A stretch of DNA of 64,000 bases from Candidatus Dormiibacterota bacterium (GCA_963718525.1 OY970355.1:1920001-1984000), one strand, 5' to 3'; positions 1-9,779 are shown, counted from the first letter of the stretch. Notes: generated from the sequence alone by a model not told the origin. Translations and numbers: made by a program.

Positions 1-547
1 TCCGCAGCGTTGTCTCGGGCACGACGGCCCAATCGCCCACCACTCGCTCGACGTCCGGAAGGTCCGCGAGGATCTCCGGAACGATCGACGCGTGCCCGGT
101 GATGACCGCGGTGTCGGCGAACGGGTGGATGAACACCTCGGGGTCGCGTTCCCAGGCGCGCGTGGCCATCCACTCGAAAAGCCGGTCCCGTGGCAAGAGC
201 ACGGTCTCGGCGCCGAGTGCGCGCACCCCGTCGACCTTGAGCGCCGGTGCGGTGTCGAACATCACAACTCTGCACGGAACGTGCAGCGCGCGAGCCACGT
301 ACGCGCACGCCAGCGCCGCATTGCCTGCGCTGACCGTGAGCAACCCACGGGCCACCCGCTCGCGGTCCACGACGTGAGCCGCGGCGAAGAAGCCTCGCAC
401 TTTGAAGCTGCCGGTGGGCTGCAGCAACTCCAACTTGAGGAAGCCTCCGGCCGGCGCGGCGATCGACGGCGTGCGGCGGATGTGGGGCGCGAGGAGGCGG
501 GCGATCTCGTGGACGCGCGCCGCGTCGACCCCCTCGATGGGAGTCAC
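1..547 (-). CDS. PLP-dependent threonine/serine dehydratase-family protein (partial, runs off window start)
   Basis: Manual translation from GTG at 547: FLKLELLQPTGSFKVRG, VSAGNAA, FIHPFAD motifs; GTGA overlap with the upstream cyclodeaminase stop. Not in the ORF track because there is no stop in the window. Confidence 0.8.
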   Translation of the reverse strand, partial: MTPIEGVDAARVHEIARLLAPHIRRTPSIAAPAGGFLKLELLQPTGSFKVRGFFAAAHVVDRERVARGLLTVSAGNAALACAYVARALHVPCRVVMFDTAPALKVDGVRALGAETVLLPRDRLFEWMATRAWERDPEVFIHPFADTAVITGHASIVPEILADLPDVERVVGDWAVVPETTLR

Positions 548-1482
548 AGCTTGACGTCCGTTCCCACTCGCGCGGCAAGCGCAGCCTCATATACGACGCG
601 AGCCACCACCGCATCCTCGAAACCGCTGCCCGTCGACTTGTACAGCGTGACCTCGACATCGCTCTGCCGCCCGGGTTGGAGTCCCGCGATCACCGCGCCG
701 ACCTCGGTGATCGTCGCCAAGTCCCGGCCCTGCAACTCGTGAGCGCCCGCCGGAGGCGGATTCTCGGCGGCGCCTTTCCATTCAACGAACACACGGGCGT
801 TGCGGACCGTCTCCGGGTCGACCTCGGCGCCGAACGTGCCCCCCACAGACGTGACGTGGGTTCCGGGATCGAGCCACTCGTACCGCGTGATCGGCTCGCG
901 CGCATCGGTGCAGCAGCACACGACATCAGCACCGCGGATCGCCGCCTCGAAACCGTCGACGACGACGCATCGTGGGTCGGTCGCGGCGACCGCCGACGCT
1001 CGCTCGCGGTCACGCGAGGCGATGCGGATGGTGGTGAAGTCTCGAACCAGCGGCACGGTCGCGAGATGGGAGTGGCCCTGCACGCCGGCGCCGAGGATGG
1101 TCAGGGTTGTCGAGTCCGGTCGCGCGAGGACGCGGGTTGACACAGCGGCGCCGCCGCCGATACGCATCGCCGTGATGTGCTCGCCGTCCATCACGCTGAG
1201 CAGGGAGCCGTCGCGCTCATCGAACAGGGTGATCATCCCCTGGTAAGTCGGCAGCCCTCGCGCACCGTTGTCCGGGAAGACGCTGACCGCCTTGAGCGCG
1301 AACCCACGCCCCGCGACCCAGCCGGGCATGGCCCCGAGCAGGCCCGCAGGGGCCCGCGCGGCGGTGCGGGGAGGCACCGACGCCTGCCCGGTGGAGTAGG
1401 CGCGAAAGCCCTCCTCGAGCGCGGTGAGCATCTCCGGAGCGAAGAGCAGGCCCTCGACGTCGTGCCTGCTGAGCACCAGCAT
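544..1482 (-). CDS. Ornithine cyclodeaminase / mu-crystallin family protein
   Basis: KAVSVFPDN, ITAMRIG, ILGAGVQG Rossmann motif, LYKSTGSGFED C-terminal motif; start set at MLVLSR. Confidence 0.88.
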   Translation of the reverse strand: MLVLSRHDVEGLLFAPEMLTALEEGFRAYSTGQASVPPRTAARAPAGLLGAMPGWVAGRGFALKAVSVFPDNGARGLPTYQGMITLFDERDGSLLSVMDGEHITAMRIGGGAAVSTRVLARPDSTTLTILGAGVQGHSHLATVPLVRDFTTIRIASRDRERASAVAATDPRCVVVDGFEAAIRGADVVCCCTDAREPITRYEWLDPGTHVTSVGGTFGAEVDPETVRNARVFVEWKGAAENPPPAGAHELQGRDLATITEVGAVIAGLQPGRQSDVEVTLYKSTGSGFEDAVVARVVYEAALAARVGTDVKL

Positions 1483-1520
1483 GACCGGGCATGTTGGCAC
1501 GGTTAGGCACAATGGAGGCG

Positions 1521-2234
1521 ATGACTCAGGAGCAGGCAGCCGCAGAGCCGGTCACCGCTGATCGCGAGGTCGACGCGGTGATCTTCGATCTCGGCGGGGT
1601 GATGACCGAGCCCCCCTTCAACCACCGGACCGACGTCCCTCCCGAGTACTTCAGCGTGATCGCCTTCTTCCTCGGGGAGTTCCGCGATCACTACCACCTG
1701 ACCACAGGTGTCCATGATCTGCACCTGCTGGAGATGGGCAAGATCTCGGACGACGAGTTCTTCGACCGGATGATGGCTCGGTACGCCGAGGCCGGCAATG
1801 ATCCGGTGGACCCGCGGGAGGCGCAGCAGGTCGTCTTCGGCCGCGGCATGGTCGCCTGCGGCGCCATGGCCGACGCGGTGCGCCAGATCCGCGCCGCCGG
1901 GTACAGGACCGCGCTGCTGACCAACATCTCTCGTGAGGGAGAGGCGATCTTCACGAAGCTCTTCCCCGTCGACGAGCTCTTCGATGTCATCGTCGATTCG
2001 TCGAAGGTGGGGATGCGCAAGCCCGATCCGGAGATCTACCGGCTGACGTGCAGCCGGCTCGGAGTTGCGCCCGAGCGCTGTCTCTTCATCGACGACCTGC
2101 TCTGCAACGTCGAGGCGGCGGACGCACTGGGGATGCAGACGATCCAGTGCCTCGACCCGGTCGCCGTCGCGGATGAGGTCGTCCAGCGTCTGCTCGGCCA
2201 TCGCGCCGCTGCCGAGGCCGGGGCCGGGGCGTGA
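1521..2234 (+). CDS. HAD-family phosphatase
   Basis: VIFDLGGV motif I, LLTN, GMRKPDPEIY, LFIDD motifs. Confidence 0.88.
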   Translation: MTQEQAAAEPVTADREVDAVIFDLGGVMTEPPFNHRTDVPPEYFSVIAFFLGEFRDHYHLTTGVHDLHLLEMGKISDDEFFDRMMARYAEAGNDPVDPREAQQVVFGRGMVACGAMADAVRQIRAAGYRTALLTNISREGEAIFTKLFPVDELFDVIVDSSKVGMRKPDPEIYRLTCSRLGVAPERCLFIDDLLCNVEAADALGMQTIQCLDPVAVADEVVQRLLGHRAAAEAGAGA

Positions 2235-3022
2235 CCGACGACCGCGCAGCGCGGTCGATCACCGGCGAGGGAGAGGCACTGGAGATCGCCGGGATCACCG
2301 ATCGTGGCCCCGTCCGCACCCAGAACCAGGATGTCTGGGACGCGCGCATCGGCCCCGACGGTCGCGATGCAGTCCTGGCGCTGGCCGATGGTATGGGTGG
2401 TCACAAGGGTGGCCTCGAATCAGCAGAGGCGGCCGTCATCGCCGCGATGGAGGTGCTCAACGCGGCGGATTCGTCATCGGAGCCGGCCGACACCCTCCGG
2501 CAGGCCGTGGCCGCCGCAAACGACGGCGTGGCCACCGCACGCGTGACGATCGGCGGCAATCCGGGAACCACCCTGGTGCTGGCCATCGTGCGTGGGCTGC
2601 GTGCCTCGGTCGCCAACGTGGGCGACAGCCGCGCCTACCTGGTGCGCAGCGGATCGGTGACCCAGATCACCGACGACCACTCGTGGGCAGCGGGCCAGGT
2701 GCGGCTTGGCATGCTCGACGCCGACGAGGCCCGCCATCACGCCAGGCGCAACCTCATCGAGCGGGCGGTGATGGGCGACCCGGTCGACGCCGACATCTTC
2801 GAGGTGGAAGCCGAACCCGGCGATGTGCTCCTGCTGTGCTCGGACGGCCTCTGGGAACCGCTCTCGGACCCGGCTCTCGCGGCGATCATCGTCACTCCGG
2901 ACCCCCTGGGCGTCGCTCTGACGATGGCGTGCGACGCTGCTCTCGCTGCTGGGGGGACCGACAACGTGACCATGGTCGCGGCTCGCTGGCTCCCATCGCA
3001 TCCGCTAACGTCTGAGCGCTGA
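2231..3022 (+). CDS. PP2C-family Ser/Thr protein phosphatase
   Basis: RTQNQD, ADGMGGH, NVGDSRAY, LLCSDGL, GGTDNVT motifs. Confidence 0.92.
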   Translation: MTDDRAARSITGEGEALEIAGITDRGPVRTQNQDVWDARIGPDGRDAVLALADGMGGHKGGLESAEAAVIAAMEVLNAADSSSEPADTLRQAVAAANDGVATARVTIGGNPGTTLVLAIVRGLRASVANVGDSRAYLVRSGSVTQITDDHSWAAGQVRLGMLDADEARHHARRNLIERAVMGDPVDADIFEVEAEPGDVLLLCSDGLWEPLSDPALAAIIVTPDPLGVALTMACDAALAAGGTDNVTMVAARWLPSHPLTSER

Positions 3023-3438
3023 TGGCTCGTCTCTATGCGCAGTTCGGTGCGATCGTGTTCCTGGCGGTCGGGCTCGGCGGGCTCCTGACGGGCGACGCCG
3101 GGACCCTGATGCACCACCAACCCGGCGGGAACGTCGGGCCGATGGTCCTCCACCTGACCTACATCCGCGATGTCCTCGACCTGGTCATCGGCGCCGCGCT
3201 TGCCTTCGCAGGCTTTCGAACCGACGAGCGGATCGCCGCGGAGATCGTGCTCACTGTCGGCGTCGTGCTGCTGCTCCTGGCGGTGGTCGGCTTCGCTCAC
3301 CCCGACGACATGGCCGGGACCAGAGGCATCATCGGCGTGCACTTCACGCTGCCCATGAATATCCTCGACGCCGTCGCCGGCGCTCTCGGGGTTCTCTGCG
3401 GCGTCGGCGCCTCGGCCACCACGACAGCGGCCGCCTGA
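3022..3438 (+). CDS. Small integral membrane protein (DUF4383-like)
   Basis: About four hydrophobic segments; TGATG coupling with the PP2C gene. Confidence 0.6.
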   Translation: MARLYAQFGAIVFLAVGLGGLLTGDAGTLMHHQPGGNVGPMVLHLTYIRDVLDLVIGAALAFAGFRTDERIAAEIVLTVGVVLLLLAVVGFAHPDDMAGTRGIIGVHFTLPMNILDAVAGALGVLCGVGASATTTAAA

Positions 3439-3456
3439 GACCCAGGCTGGGACCGC

Positions 3457-3720
3457 CTAGACTGCTGCCGGCCTCGCCGCGGCTGTGCCGTTGGAGGCGT
3501 GCTCACCGCGATGGCGCGCAGTCGCCACGATGTGCACCGCGCCGGTCGCAAACGGCTTCGCCCTGCTCAGCGCACGCCCCGCCGACGTGACCCCCTCGCG
3601 AGCGGCAGCGGTCGCGACGCGAAGCTGGGCGCGGGTCTTGTCGCCGGTCTGCGGCGCGATAGACAGGCCGACCACGGTGCCGACCGCAGCTCCGTGCATG
3701 AATCCTCGGACATAGCCCAT
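3457..3720 (-). CDS. YtxH-domain protein
   Basis: GFMHGAAVGTVVGLSIAPQTGDKTR matches the YtxH N-terminal pattern; AAGGAGG RBS upstream. Confidence 0.75.
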   Translation of the reverse strand: MGYVRGFMHGAAVGTVVGLSIAPQTGDKTRAQLRVATAAAREGVTSAGRALSRAKPFATGAVHIVATARHRGEHASNGTAAARPAAV

Positions 3721-3782
3721 GGCCGCGCCTCCTTTTGTTCGATGGTGAACTCTGTCAATTCACCCTACACCGCCGCACCAGT

Positions 3783-4119
3783 TCAGGTCAGCGACGTGGC
3801 CGACCAGGGACCGTCGGGCACGATGCGCAGGTGCTCGACCGGGCGGCCAGCGATGAGGTGCTCGGCGATGATCTCGTCGACGTCGTCAACCCTGAGGCGC
3901 CCGTACCAGAACTCCGTCCGGGTAGACGATCAAGATCGGTCCCTGGTGGTGCTGCTGGTTGCAGCCCATCCTCGTGGTGCGCACCCACGTCAGCTCGAGG
4001 CGCTCCACCTCGTCGCGCAGGCGCTGGAGGATGTGCTCGGAACCCTGGCCACCGCAGTGGTGACGCCCGACCGTGGTACAGATGAAGACGTGCAGGTTGC
4101 GTGGCGCGGGATCGCTCAT
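3783..4119 (-). CDS. Thioredoxin-like (2Fe-2S) ferredoxin, with +1 frameshift at ~3910
   Basis: HVFICT...C...RMGC...GPILIVYPDGV, then WYGRLRVDDVDEIIAEHL in the next frame; removing one base at GAACTC 3909-3914 restores a 111-aa ORF. Confidence 0.8.
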
Positions 4120-4184
4120 CACGAGCAATGGTCGCCCACGCGGCCGCGGCTCCGCGCTGTGCCGGCGTGCGAAAGTACCGCACG

Positions 4185-4619
4185 ATGGACTTGAGCTTCG
4201 CCTTCTTCGCGGACAGCGCCGTGGTTCCTCCCGACGGCAAGCTGTATGTCCTCGGCGGCGGTTTCAGTGCCCTCTCGATGGCGACGTTGCCGGGCCGGGC
4301 GGCCTTTGCCGTGGTTGCGGGGTTCCGCTTCAACGCAGCCGATGTGGGTCAGGCGCACCAGGTCGAGCTGCGCCTCACCAACTCCCAGGGCAAGCTCGTG
4401 CTCGCACCGGTTGTGCTGCAGTTCCAGGCGGCCGGCGCGAAGCTGGTGCCGGGCCAGGAGGTGAGCATCTCCACCGTCACCATCCTCCAGCCGATGTTCG
4501 GCGAGCCCGGTGTCTATGCCACCGAATTCTGGACAGGTGGGAACCGCATCGGATCGGTCAGCCTCAGCGTCGAGGAGCGCCAGTTGCCGGAGCCGGTCCC
4601 CGCAGACCGGCCCAACTGA
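4185..4619 (+). CDS. Conserved hypothetical protein (DUF6941-like)
   Basis: FFADSAVVPPDGKLYVLGGG N-terminus; beta-rich; typical codon usage. Confidence 0.65.
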   Translation: MDLSFAFFADSAVVPPDGKLYVLGGGFSALSMATLPGRAAFAVVAGFRFNAADVGQAHQVELRLTNSQGKLVLAPVVLQFQAAGAKLVPGQEVSISTVTILQPMFGEPGVYATEFWTGGNRIGSVSLSVEERQLPEPVPADRPN

Positions 4620-4633
4620 GCACGTCCGCCAGG

Positions 4634-5482
4634 TCAGTACTCGTAGAACCCGCGACCGCTCTTCTTGCCGAGGTAGCCGGCGGCCACCATGCGGCGGAGC
4701 AGCGGGGGAGGTGCGTAATCGCTGTTCGCGTACTCCTCGTAGAGCGATTCGCAGACGAACATCGCCGTGTCGAGGCCGATGTAGTCGAGCAGCTGGAGCG
4801 GTCCCATCGGATGGCCGCAGCCCAGGCGCATCCCCTCGTCGATGTCGTCCCGTGTGGCGAACCCGGATTCGTACACCCTGATCGCGTGGGTGAGGAACGG
4901 GATCAGCAGCAGGTTGACGATGAAGCCGCCGCGATCCTGGGCAACGATGATCCGCTTGCCGAGCCGCTCACCGAGGGCGCGCGTATCCGTCAGGGTGTCG
5001 TCGCTGGTGGCGATGCTGCGCACCACCTCGATGAGCTTCATCACCGGCGCCGGGTTGAAGAAGTGGGTCCCGATCACGCGATCCGGACGCCGGGTTGCGC
5101 GAGCGATCTCGATGATGGGCAGCGCCGAGGTGTTGGTCGAAAGGATCGCGTCGTCGCCGACGATGTGGTCGAGCTGCTCGAAGAGGGCAACCTTCGCCGG
5201 CAGCTGCTCGACGATGGCTTCGATGCAGAAGTCGCATTCCCCGAAGTCCTCGAGGCGCGGCGTGAATGTCAGGAGTCCGTTGATCCGATCGACATCCTCG
5301 TCGGTCAGCTTCCCGGTCCTGCGACCGCGCTCGAGCGACGCGTCGACGCGACGCTCACCGGCCGCGAGCTGCTCGGGTCCGGACTCGGTGACCAGGGTCC
5401 GGATCCCGTTGCGGGCACACACTTCAGCGATTCCCGAGCCCATCAGCCCCGCGCCGATGATCCCAACACACTGGATCTCCAT
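4634..5482 (-). CDS. 3-hydroxybutyryl-CoA / 3-hydroxyacyl-CoA dehydrogenase
   Basis: GIIGAGLMGSGIA, EAIVE, TNTS, GTHFFNP, HPMGP, LGKKSGRGFY; AAGGAG RBS. Confidence 0.93.
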   Translation of the reverse strand: MEIQCVGIIGAGLMGSGIAEVCARNGIRTLVTESGPEQLAAGERRVDASLERGRRTGKLTDEDVDRINGLLTFTPRLEDFGECDFCIEAIVEQLPAKVALFEQLDHIVGDDAILSTNTSALPIIEIARATRRPDRVIGTHFFNPAPVMKLIEVVRSIATSDDTLTDTRALGERLGKRIIVAQDRGGFIVNLLLIPFLTHAIRVYESGFATRDDIDEGMRLGCGHPMGPLQLLDYIGLDTAMFVCESLYEEYANSDYAPPPLLRRMVAAGYLGKKSGRGFYEY

Positions 5483-5582
5483 GGTTGACACTCCTTGAGG
5501 CGCATTCGATGGATCACGGTCGCGCGTTCGCGTGCCGCAGTCTGCCCGAGGGCGGGCGGCTCGCGCACCTATGATGGGCGGC

Positions 5583-5933
5583 ATGGGGTCACCGGGCACG
5601 ATCGCGCTGGTCAGTGACGATCTCATGTTCGCCAGTCAGCTCAGCACCACCATGAAGCGAGCGGGCGGGAGCGCTGTCATCGTCGCCGGTGATCCCGTCC
5701 CGGACGTGGACCTGGTCTTCGTGGACCTCAACACGGCCGTCGAGGCCCGCCTGGCGCTGATCGGTCGCCTGCGCAGCGAGCGCCCCGAGCAGGAGATCAT
5801 CGGCTTCTCGCATCATGGCGACCTCGAGATGCGCCGGCGCGCTCGTGCGGCGGGAGCGAACCGGGTGGTCAACAACGGCTCGATCCAGGTGGTGGCGCTC
5901 CGCCGGTCGGCTGACACCGAGCGAAGCGCGTGA
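5583..5933 (+). CDS. Stand-alone atypical receiver-domain protein
   Basis: LVSDDLMFAS...LVFVDLN...IIGFSHH...AAGA receiver-like pattern. Confidence 0.6.
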   Translation: MGSPGTIALVSDDLMFASQLSTTMKRAGGSAVIVAGDPVPDVDLVFVDLNTAVEARLALIGRLRSERPEQEIIGFSHHGDLEMRRRARAAGANRVVNNGSIQVVALRRSADTERSA

Positions 5934-7126
5934 TGACCGCCGTCACCGAAGGTCTCGACGCTCGCATTCGCTCCGAGGTTGACAGGACGCGCGAGGAGGT
6001 GGTCGAGACGCGGCGCACGCTGCACCGGCATCCCGAGCTGTCACTCGAGGAACGCGACACCGCTGACCTCGTCGCGCAGCGCAGCGCCGGCCTCGGTTTC
6101 ACGGTGCGCACGGGTATCGGTGGGACCGGCGTGCTCGCCGATCTCGACAGTGGCAGGCCGGGTCCGACCCTGATGCTGCGGGCCGACATGGATGCGCTAC
6201 CCATCGTGGAGCGGGGCGACGGTCGCGTGGTCACGTCGGAGGTCGATGGAGTCATGCATGCGTGCGGGCACGACGGCCACGTCGCGATGACGCTCGGAGC
6301 CGCGGCTGCGATGGTCGCGATGCGAGACAGCTGGTCGGGGCGTGTGCGGCTCTGCTTTCAGCCGGCCGAGGAGACCGCGTCCGGCGCGATGCCGATGATC
6401 AAGGACGGGGCTGCCGACGGTGTCGACCGCGTCCTCGGGATTCACCTCTGGGCGCCGCTCGCCACCGGACGTGTTGCAGTCAAGTCTGGCGTTATCTTCG
6501 GGAGCGCCGACAGCTTCTCCGTCACGATCCAGGGCCGTGGAGGTCACGGCGGCATGCCCCATACCGCCATCGACCCGGTGGTCGTCACGGCTCAGGTGAT
6601 CCTCGCAATCCAGTCGATCATCAGCCGCGAGACGTCGCCCTTCTCGCCCGCGGTGATCACCATCGGCAGGGTCACCGCCGGCACCGCGTTCAATGTCATC
6701 GCTGATTCCGCGGAGTTGCTAGGCACCACGCGCGCCATCGATGCGAGCGAGCGCGAACGCCTTCTCAAGCGTGTCGCGGAGATCGCCACAGCGGTGGCGA
6801 GTGGCTACGGCGCCGAGGCGCACTTCTGGCGGGGGAGTGGTTGCCCACCGGTTGTCTCGGACGCCGCGACCGCCGACCTCGTGCGCAGTGCCGCGGCGGC
6901 CACCGTCGGCGACGACCACGTCGACATCGCCGTGCCCATCACGGTCGGCGACGACATCGCCTGCTTCCTCGAACGCGCCCCCGGGTGCTACTTCCTGGTC
7001 GGCGCCGGCCATCCCGAACGGGGGCCCGTACCGCCGCATCACAGCGCGTACTTCGACATCGATGAGGCCGCGCTTCCGGTGGGAGTCGAGACGCTCGTGC
7101 GGGCCGGCCTCGACGTGCTCGGTTGA
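5933..7126 (+). CDS. M20D-family amidohydrolase
   Basis: HRHPELS, RADMDALP, MHACGHDGH, FQPAEE, GRGGHG, PHHS motifs. Confidence 0.93.
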   Translation: MTAVTEGLDARIRSEVDRTREEVVETRRTLHRHPELSLEERDTADLVAQRSAGLGFTVRTGIGGTGVLADLDSGRPGPTLMLRADMDALPIVERGDGRVVTSEVDGVMHACGHDGHVAMTLGAAAAMVAMRDSWSGRVRLCFQPAEETASGAMPMIKDGAADGVDRVLGIHLWAPLATGRVAVKSGVIFGSADSFSVTIQGRGGHGGMPHTAIDPVVVTAQVILAIQSIISRETSPFSPAVITIGRVTAGTAFNVIADSAELLGTTRAIDASERERLLKRVAEIATAVASGYGAEAHFWRGSGCPPVVSDAATADLVRSAAAATVGDDHVDIAVPITVGDDIACFLERAPGCYFLVGAGHPERGPVPPHHSAYFDIDEAALPVGVETLVRAGLDVLG

Positions 7127-7674
7127 TGGACTTCATCCGTTCGCGCGAGGACCGCAACGACCTGTACAGCAACGTGGATCTCACCCCGCGCGCGACATCG
7201 GAGTCCGAGACCCTGCTGTCAATTGCGATGGAGATCGAGCACGCGAACAACTCGGGATACGTGCATGGCGGCACGATCATGCGTCTGGTCGATACCGCGG
7301 CCGGCATCGCCGCGGTGAAGCACGCGAGGCGGCGTGTCGTGACAGCGACCATGGACGAGATGAGCTTTCTCGCCCCGGTGTACATTGGCGACCTGCTCAC
7401 CGTGCGGGCACGGGTCAACGACGCGCACCGCACGTCGATGGAGATCAGCGTCCGCGTCGACGTCGAGCGCATCCCGTCCGGCGAGAAGTTGCATGTGGCA
7501 AGCGCGCACCTCGTCTACGTCGGCCTCGACCGCGACGGCCGTCCTGCGGAGGTCGCCAAGGTCATCGCCGAGACCAAGGAGGAGCGCCGCCGCCAGGCCG
7601 AGGCGCGAGTCCGCCGCGAGCAGCGCCTGCTGCGCAAGCGCGCGCTCGCCGACGCCGTGCACGATGCGGAGTGA
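7126..7674 (+). CDS. Acyl-CoA thioesterase (hotdog fold)
   Basis: HANNSGYVHGGTIMRLVD, VVTA, RTSME motifs. Confidence 0.9.
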   Translation: MDFIRSREDRNDLYSNVDLTPRATSESETLLSIAMEIEHANNSGYVHGGTIMRLVDTAAGIAAVKHARRRVVTATMDEMSFLAPVYIGDLLTVRARVNDAHRTSMEISVRVDVERIPSGEKLHVASAHLVYVGLDRDGRPAEVAKVIAETKEERRRQAEARVRREQRLLRKRALADAVHDAE

Positions 7675-7722
7675 CGGGGATGCTGCCCTCCCGCGCAATC
7701 CCTCGGGTACGATGACCGCGCC

Positions 7723-8472
7723 ATGTCCGAGGTGACCGCACCGCTGACCGTTCGGGACGCCACGGCGCCGACGGCCACCGCGCGTCAGCACATCCGCTTC
7801 GCCTTCCACCGGGTGCGGCCGGAATGGCGTCTCCGGCCCGCCACGGAGCGCGCCGCCGACCGGGAGGAGGTGGCTGCCCTGGTCCGCGACGTCGGTGACC
7901 GCGATGGCGTGCTCATCCGTTCATACAGCACCGTGGGCACACGCGGTGACGCCGATTTCCTGCTCTGGCTGGTCAGCGAACGTCTCGATGATCTGCACGA
8001 GTTCGCCGCGCGGCTGAACCGCACCCGGCTCGCCGCCTACCTCGAGTCTCCCTACAGCTACTTCTCGATGACCAAGCAGAGCATGTACGTCGAGAAGCAC
8101 CGCCACGAGCACCAGGAGGGGAGGAGCAACCGTCTGGTCATCGCGCCCACGGGACGTCGCTATCTCTTCGTCTACCCGTTCGTGAAGACTCGCGCCTGGT
8201 ACCGGCTGAGCCCCGACGAGCGCCAGCGCCAGATGAGCGAGCACATCGCCATGGGGCACAAGTACCCCGGGGTGAAGATCAACACCACCTACTCATTCGG
8301 GCTTGACGATCAGGACTTCGTGGTTGCGTTCGAGAGCGATTCCGTTGCGGATTTTCTCGACCTCGTGCACGAGATGCGTAGCAGCGAGGCATCCACCCAC
8401 ACCGTGCGCGACGTGCCGTCGTTCACATGCATCGCCATGGATATCGACGAGGTGCTGTCAGCGCTCGGTTAG
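7723..8472 (+). CDS. chdC: Chlorite dismutase-family protein, probably coproheme decarboxylase (ChdC/HemQ-like)
   Basis: YPFVKTRAWYRL, MSEHIAMG proximal His, YSFGLDDQDFVVAFE; no distal Arg of true chlorite dismutases. Confidence 0.75.
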   Translation: MSEVTAPLTVRDATAPTATARQHIRFAFHRVRPEWRLRPATERAADREEVAALVRDVGDRDGVLIRSYSTVGTRGDADFLLWLVSERLDDLHEFAARLNRTRLAAYLESPYSYFSMTKQSMYVEKHRHEHQEGRSNRLVIAPTGRRYLFVYPFVKTRAWYRLSPDERQRQMSEHIAMGHKYPGVKINTTYSFGLDDQDFVVAFESDSVADFLDLVHEMRSSEASTHTVRDVPSFTCIAMDIDEVLSALG

Positions 8473-9779
8473 CCCGCGAGCACCGCGCGTCGACGCTCCG
8501 CGGCCTGCAGTGAGGCGAGCATCACCTCCATGATGTGCATCACCTTGACGTTCGGCGCGTAGCGCGCGGCCCCTGCGCGCAGCTGGAGCAGGCACGAGAT
8601 GTTCTCGGTCACCACGATCTCCGCTCCACTGGCGCGGATGTTGTCGAATTTGCGACGGAGGATCGCCTCACTGCGCTCGGGTTGCCGCGCGAAGTACGTC
8701 CCCGCGCCGCCACAGCACATCGCACGCTCGTTCAGCGGGACGACGTCGAGATGGGGGATCTGCTCGAGCAGCCGCCGCATCGCACCTCGCTCGGGTCCGT
8801 CGATCGGCAGCGCGCACGGCTCATCGACGGTGACGCGCCAGCGGAGCGGCCCGAGGGTGCCGCGGACGCCGTTGCGGTCGAGGAAATCACTGGCGAGGGC
8901 TGTGTGATGGGCAATCTCCACCGCGCGATGACCGACCTGGCGATCATCGCCGGCGATGCTCCCATACTCGCGGTAGTGCTCGGTGCATGACGCGGTGTCG
9001 CCGATGTATGCGTCGACGTCGAGGTGGCTCATCGCCGCGCTGTTCTTGACCGCCATGTCCACCATCGCGTCGCGGTCACCGAGGGTGCGCGCCGGCAAAC
9101 CGCTGCAGCCGAGCTGCGGCACCTGGACGCTGTAGCCGGAGCCGAGCAACACCCGGATGGTTGCGTCGGTTGATTCCGGCGCGGTGAGATTCTCGAGGCA
9201 GCAGACCAGCACCGCCACGTTGCCGCGCAGCGGCAGCGTGGGCGCCGGCAGGTCACCGAGCATCTGGTGGACCGTGCGATCCGGCGGGGGACCGCTCTGC
9301 TCGGCGAGCGCGCCGAGGGTACCCAGCCACGACAGCATCCCGGTGCGGCGCGCCAGCCCGTAGAGCCCGGTGCGCCGGGTGAAACGCGCGAACGTGTGGA
9401 GCGCACGCAGCGCACCGGGCCGTGGCAGCACGTTGCGCAGCGCGAAGGACTGGGCCCACGGATACCCCTCCTGCGCATGCAGCTCCTGGCGCGCTCTGCT
9501 GACGATGTGCCCGGTCGGAACGCGCGGCGCGCATGCGGCGACGCAGTTGTCGCAGGTCAGGCAGGTCGACAGCGGGCCGTCGGCGATGTCACGCAGCTCG
9601 AGGCGGCCCTCCATGGCATCGCGAATCAGTGCGATCCGTCCGCGCGCCGTCTCCCATTCCACGGGATTCACGACGTATGCCGGGCACGTGGCCTGACACA
9701 GCGAGCACTTGTTGCATTCGCTCGCCGCCTCGTAGACGTCGGCAAGGAAGCGCGGGGTCGGGACGGCGGCGCCGGCCAT
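8469..9779 (-). CDS. GlcF-like Fe-S oxidoreductase subunit (2x4Fe-4S plus CCG domains)
   Basis: CNKCSLCQATCP and CLTCDNCVAAC ferredoxin motifs; CCGGAGTY. Confidence 0.85.
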   Translation of the reverse strand: MAGAAVPTPRFLADVYEAASECNKCSLCQATCPAYVVNPVEWETARGRIALIRDAMEGRLELRDIADGPLSTCLTCDNCVAACAPRVPTGHIVSRARQELHAQEGYPWAQSFALRNVLPRPGALRALHTFARFTRRTGLYGLARRTGMLSWLGTLGALAEQSGPPPDRTVHQMLGDLPAPTLPLRGNVAVLVCCLENLTAPESTDATIRVLLGSGYSVQVPQLGCSGLPARTLGDRDAMVDMAVKNSAAMSHLDVDAYIGDTASCTEHYREYGSIAGDDRQVGHRAVEIAHHTALASDFLDRNGVRGTLGPLRWRVTVDEPCALPIDGPERGAMRRLLEQIPHLDVVPLNERAMCCGGAGTYFARQPERSEAILRRKFDNIRASGAEIVVTENISCLLQLRAGAARYAPNVKVMHIMEVMLASLQAAERRRAVLAG

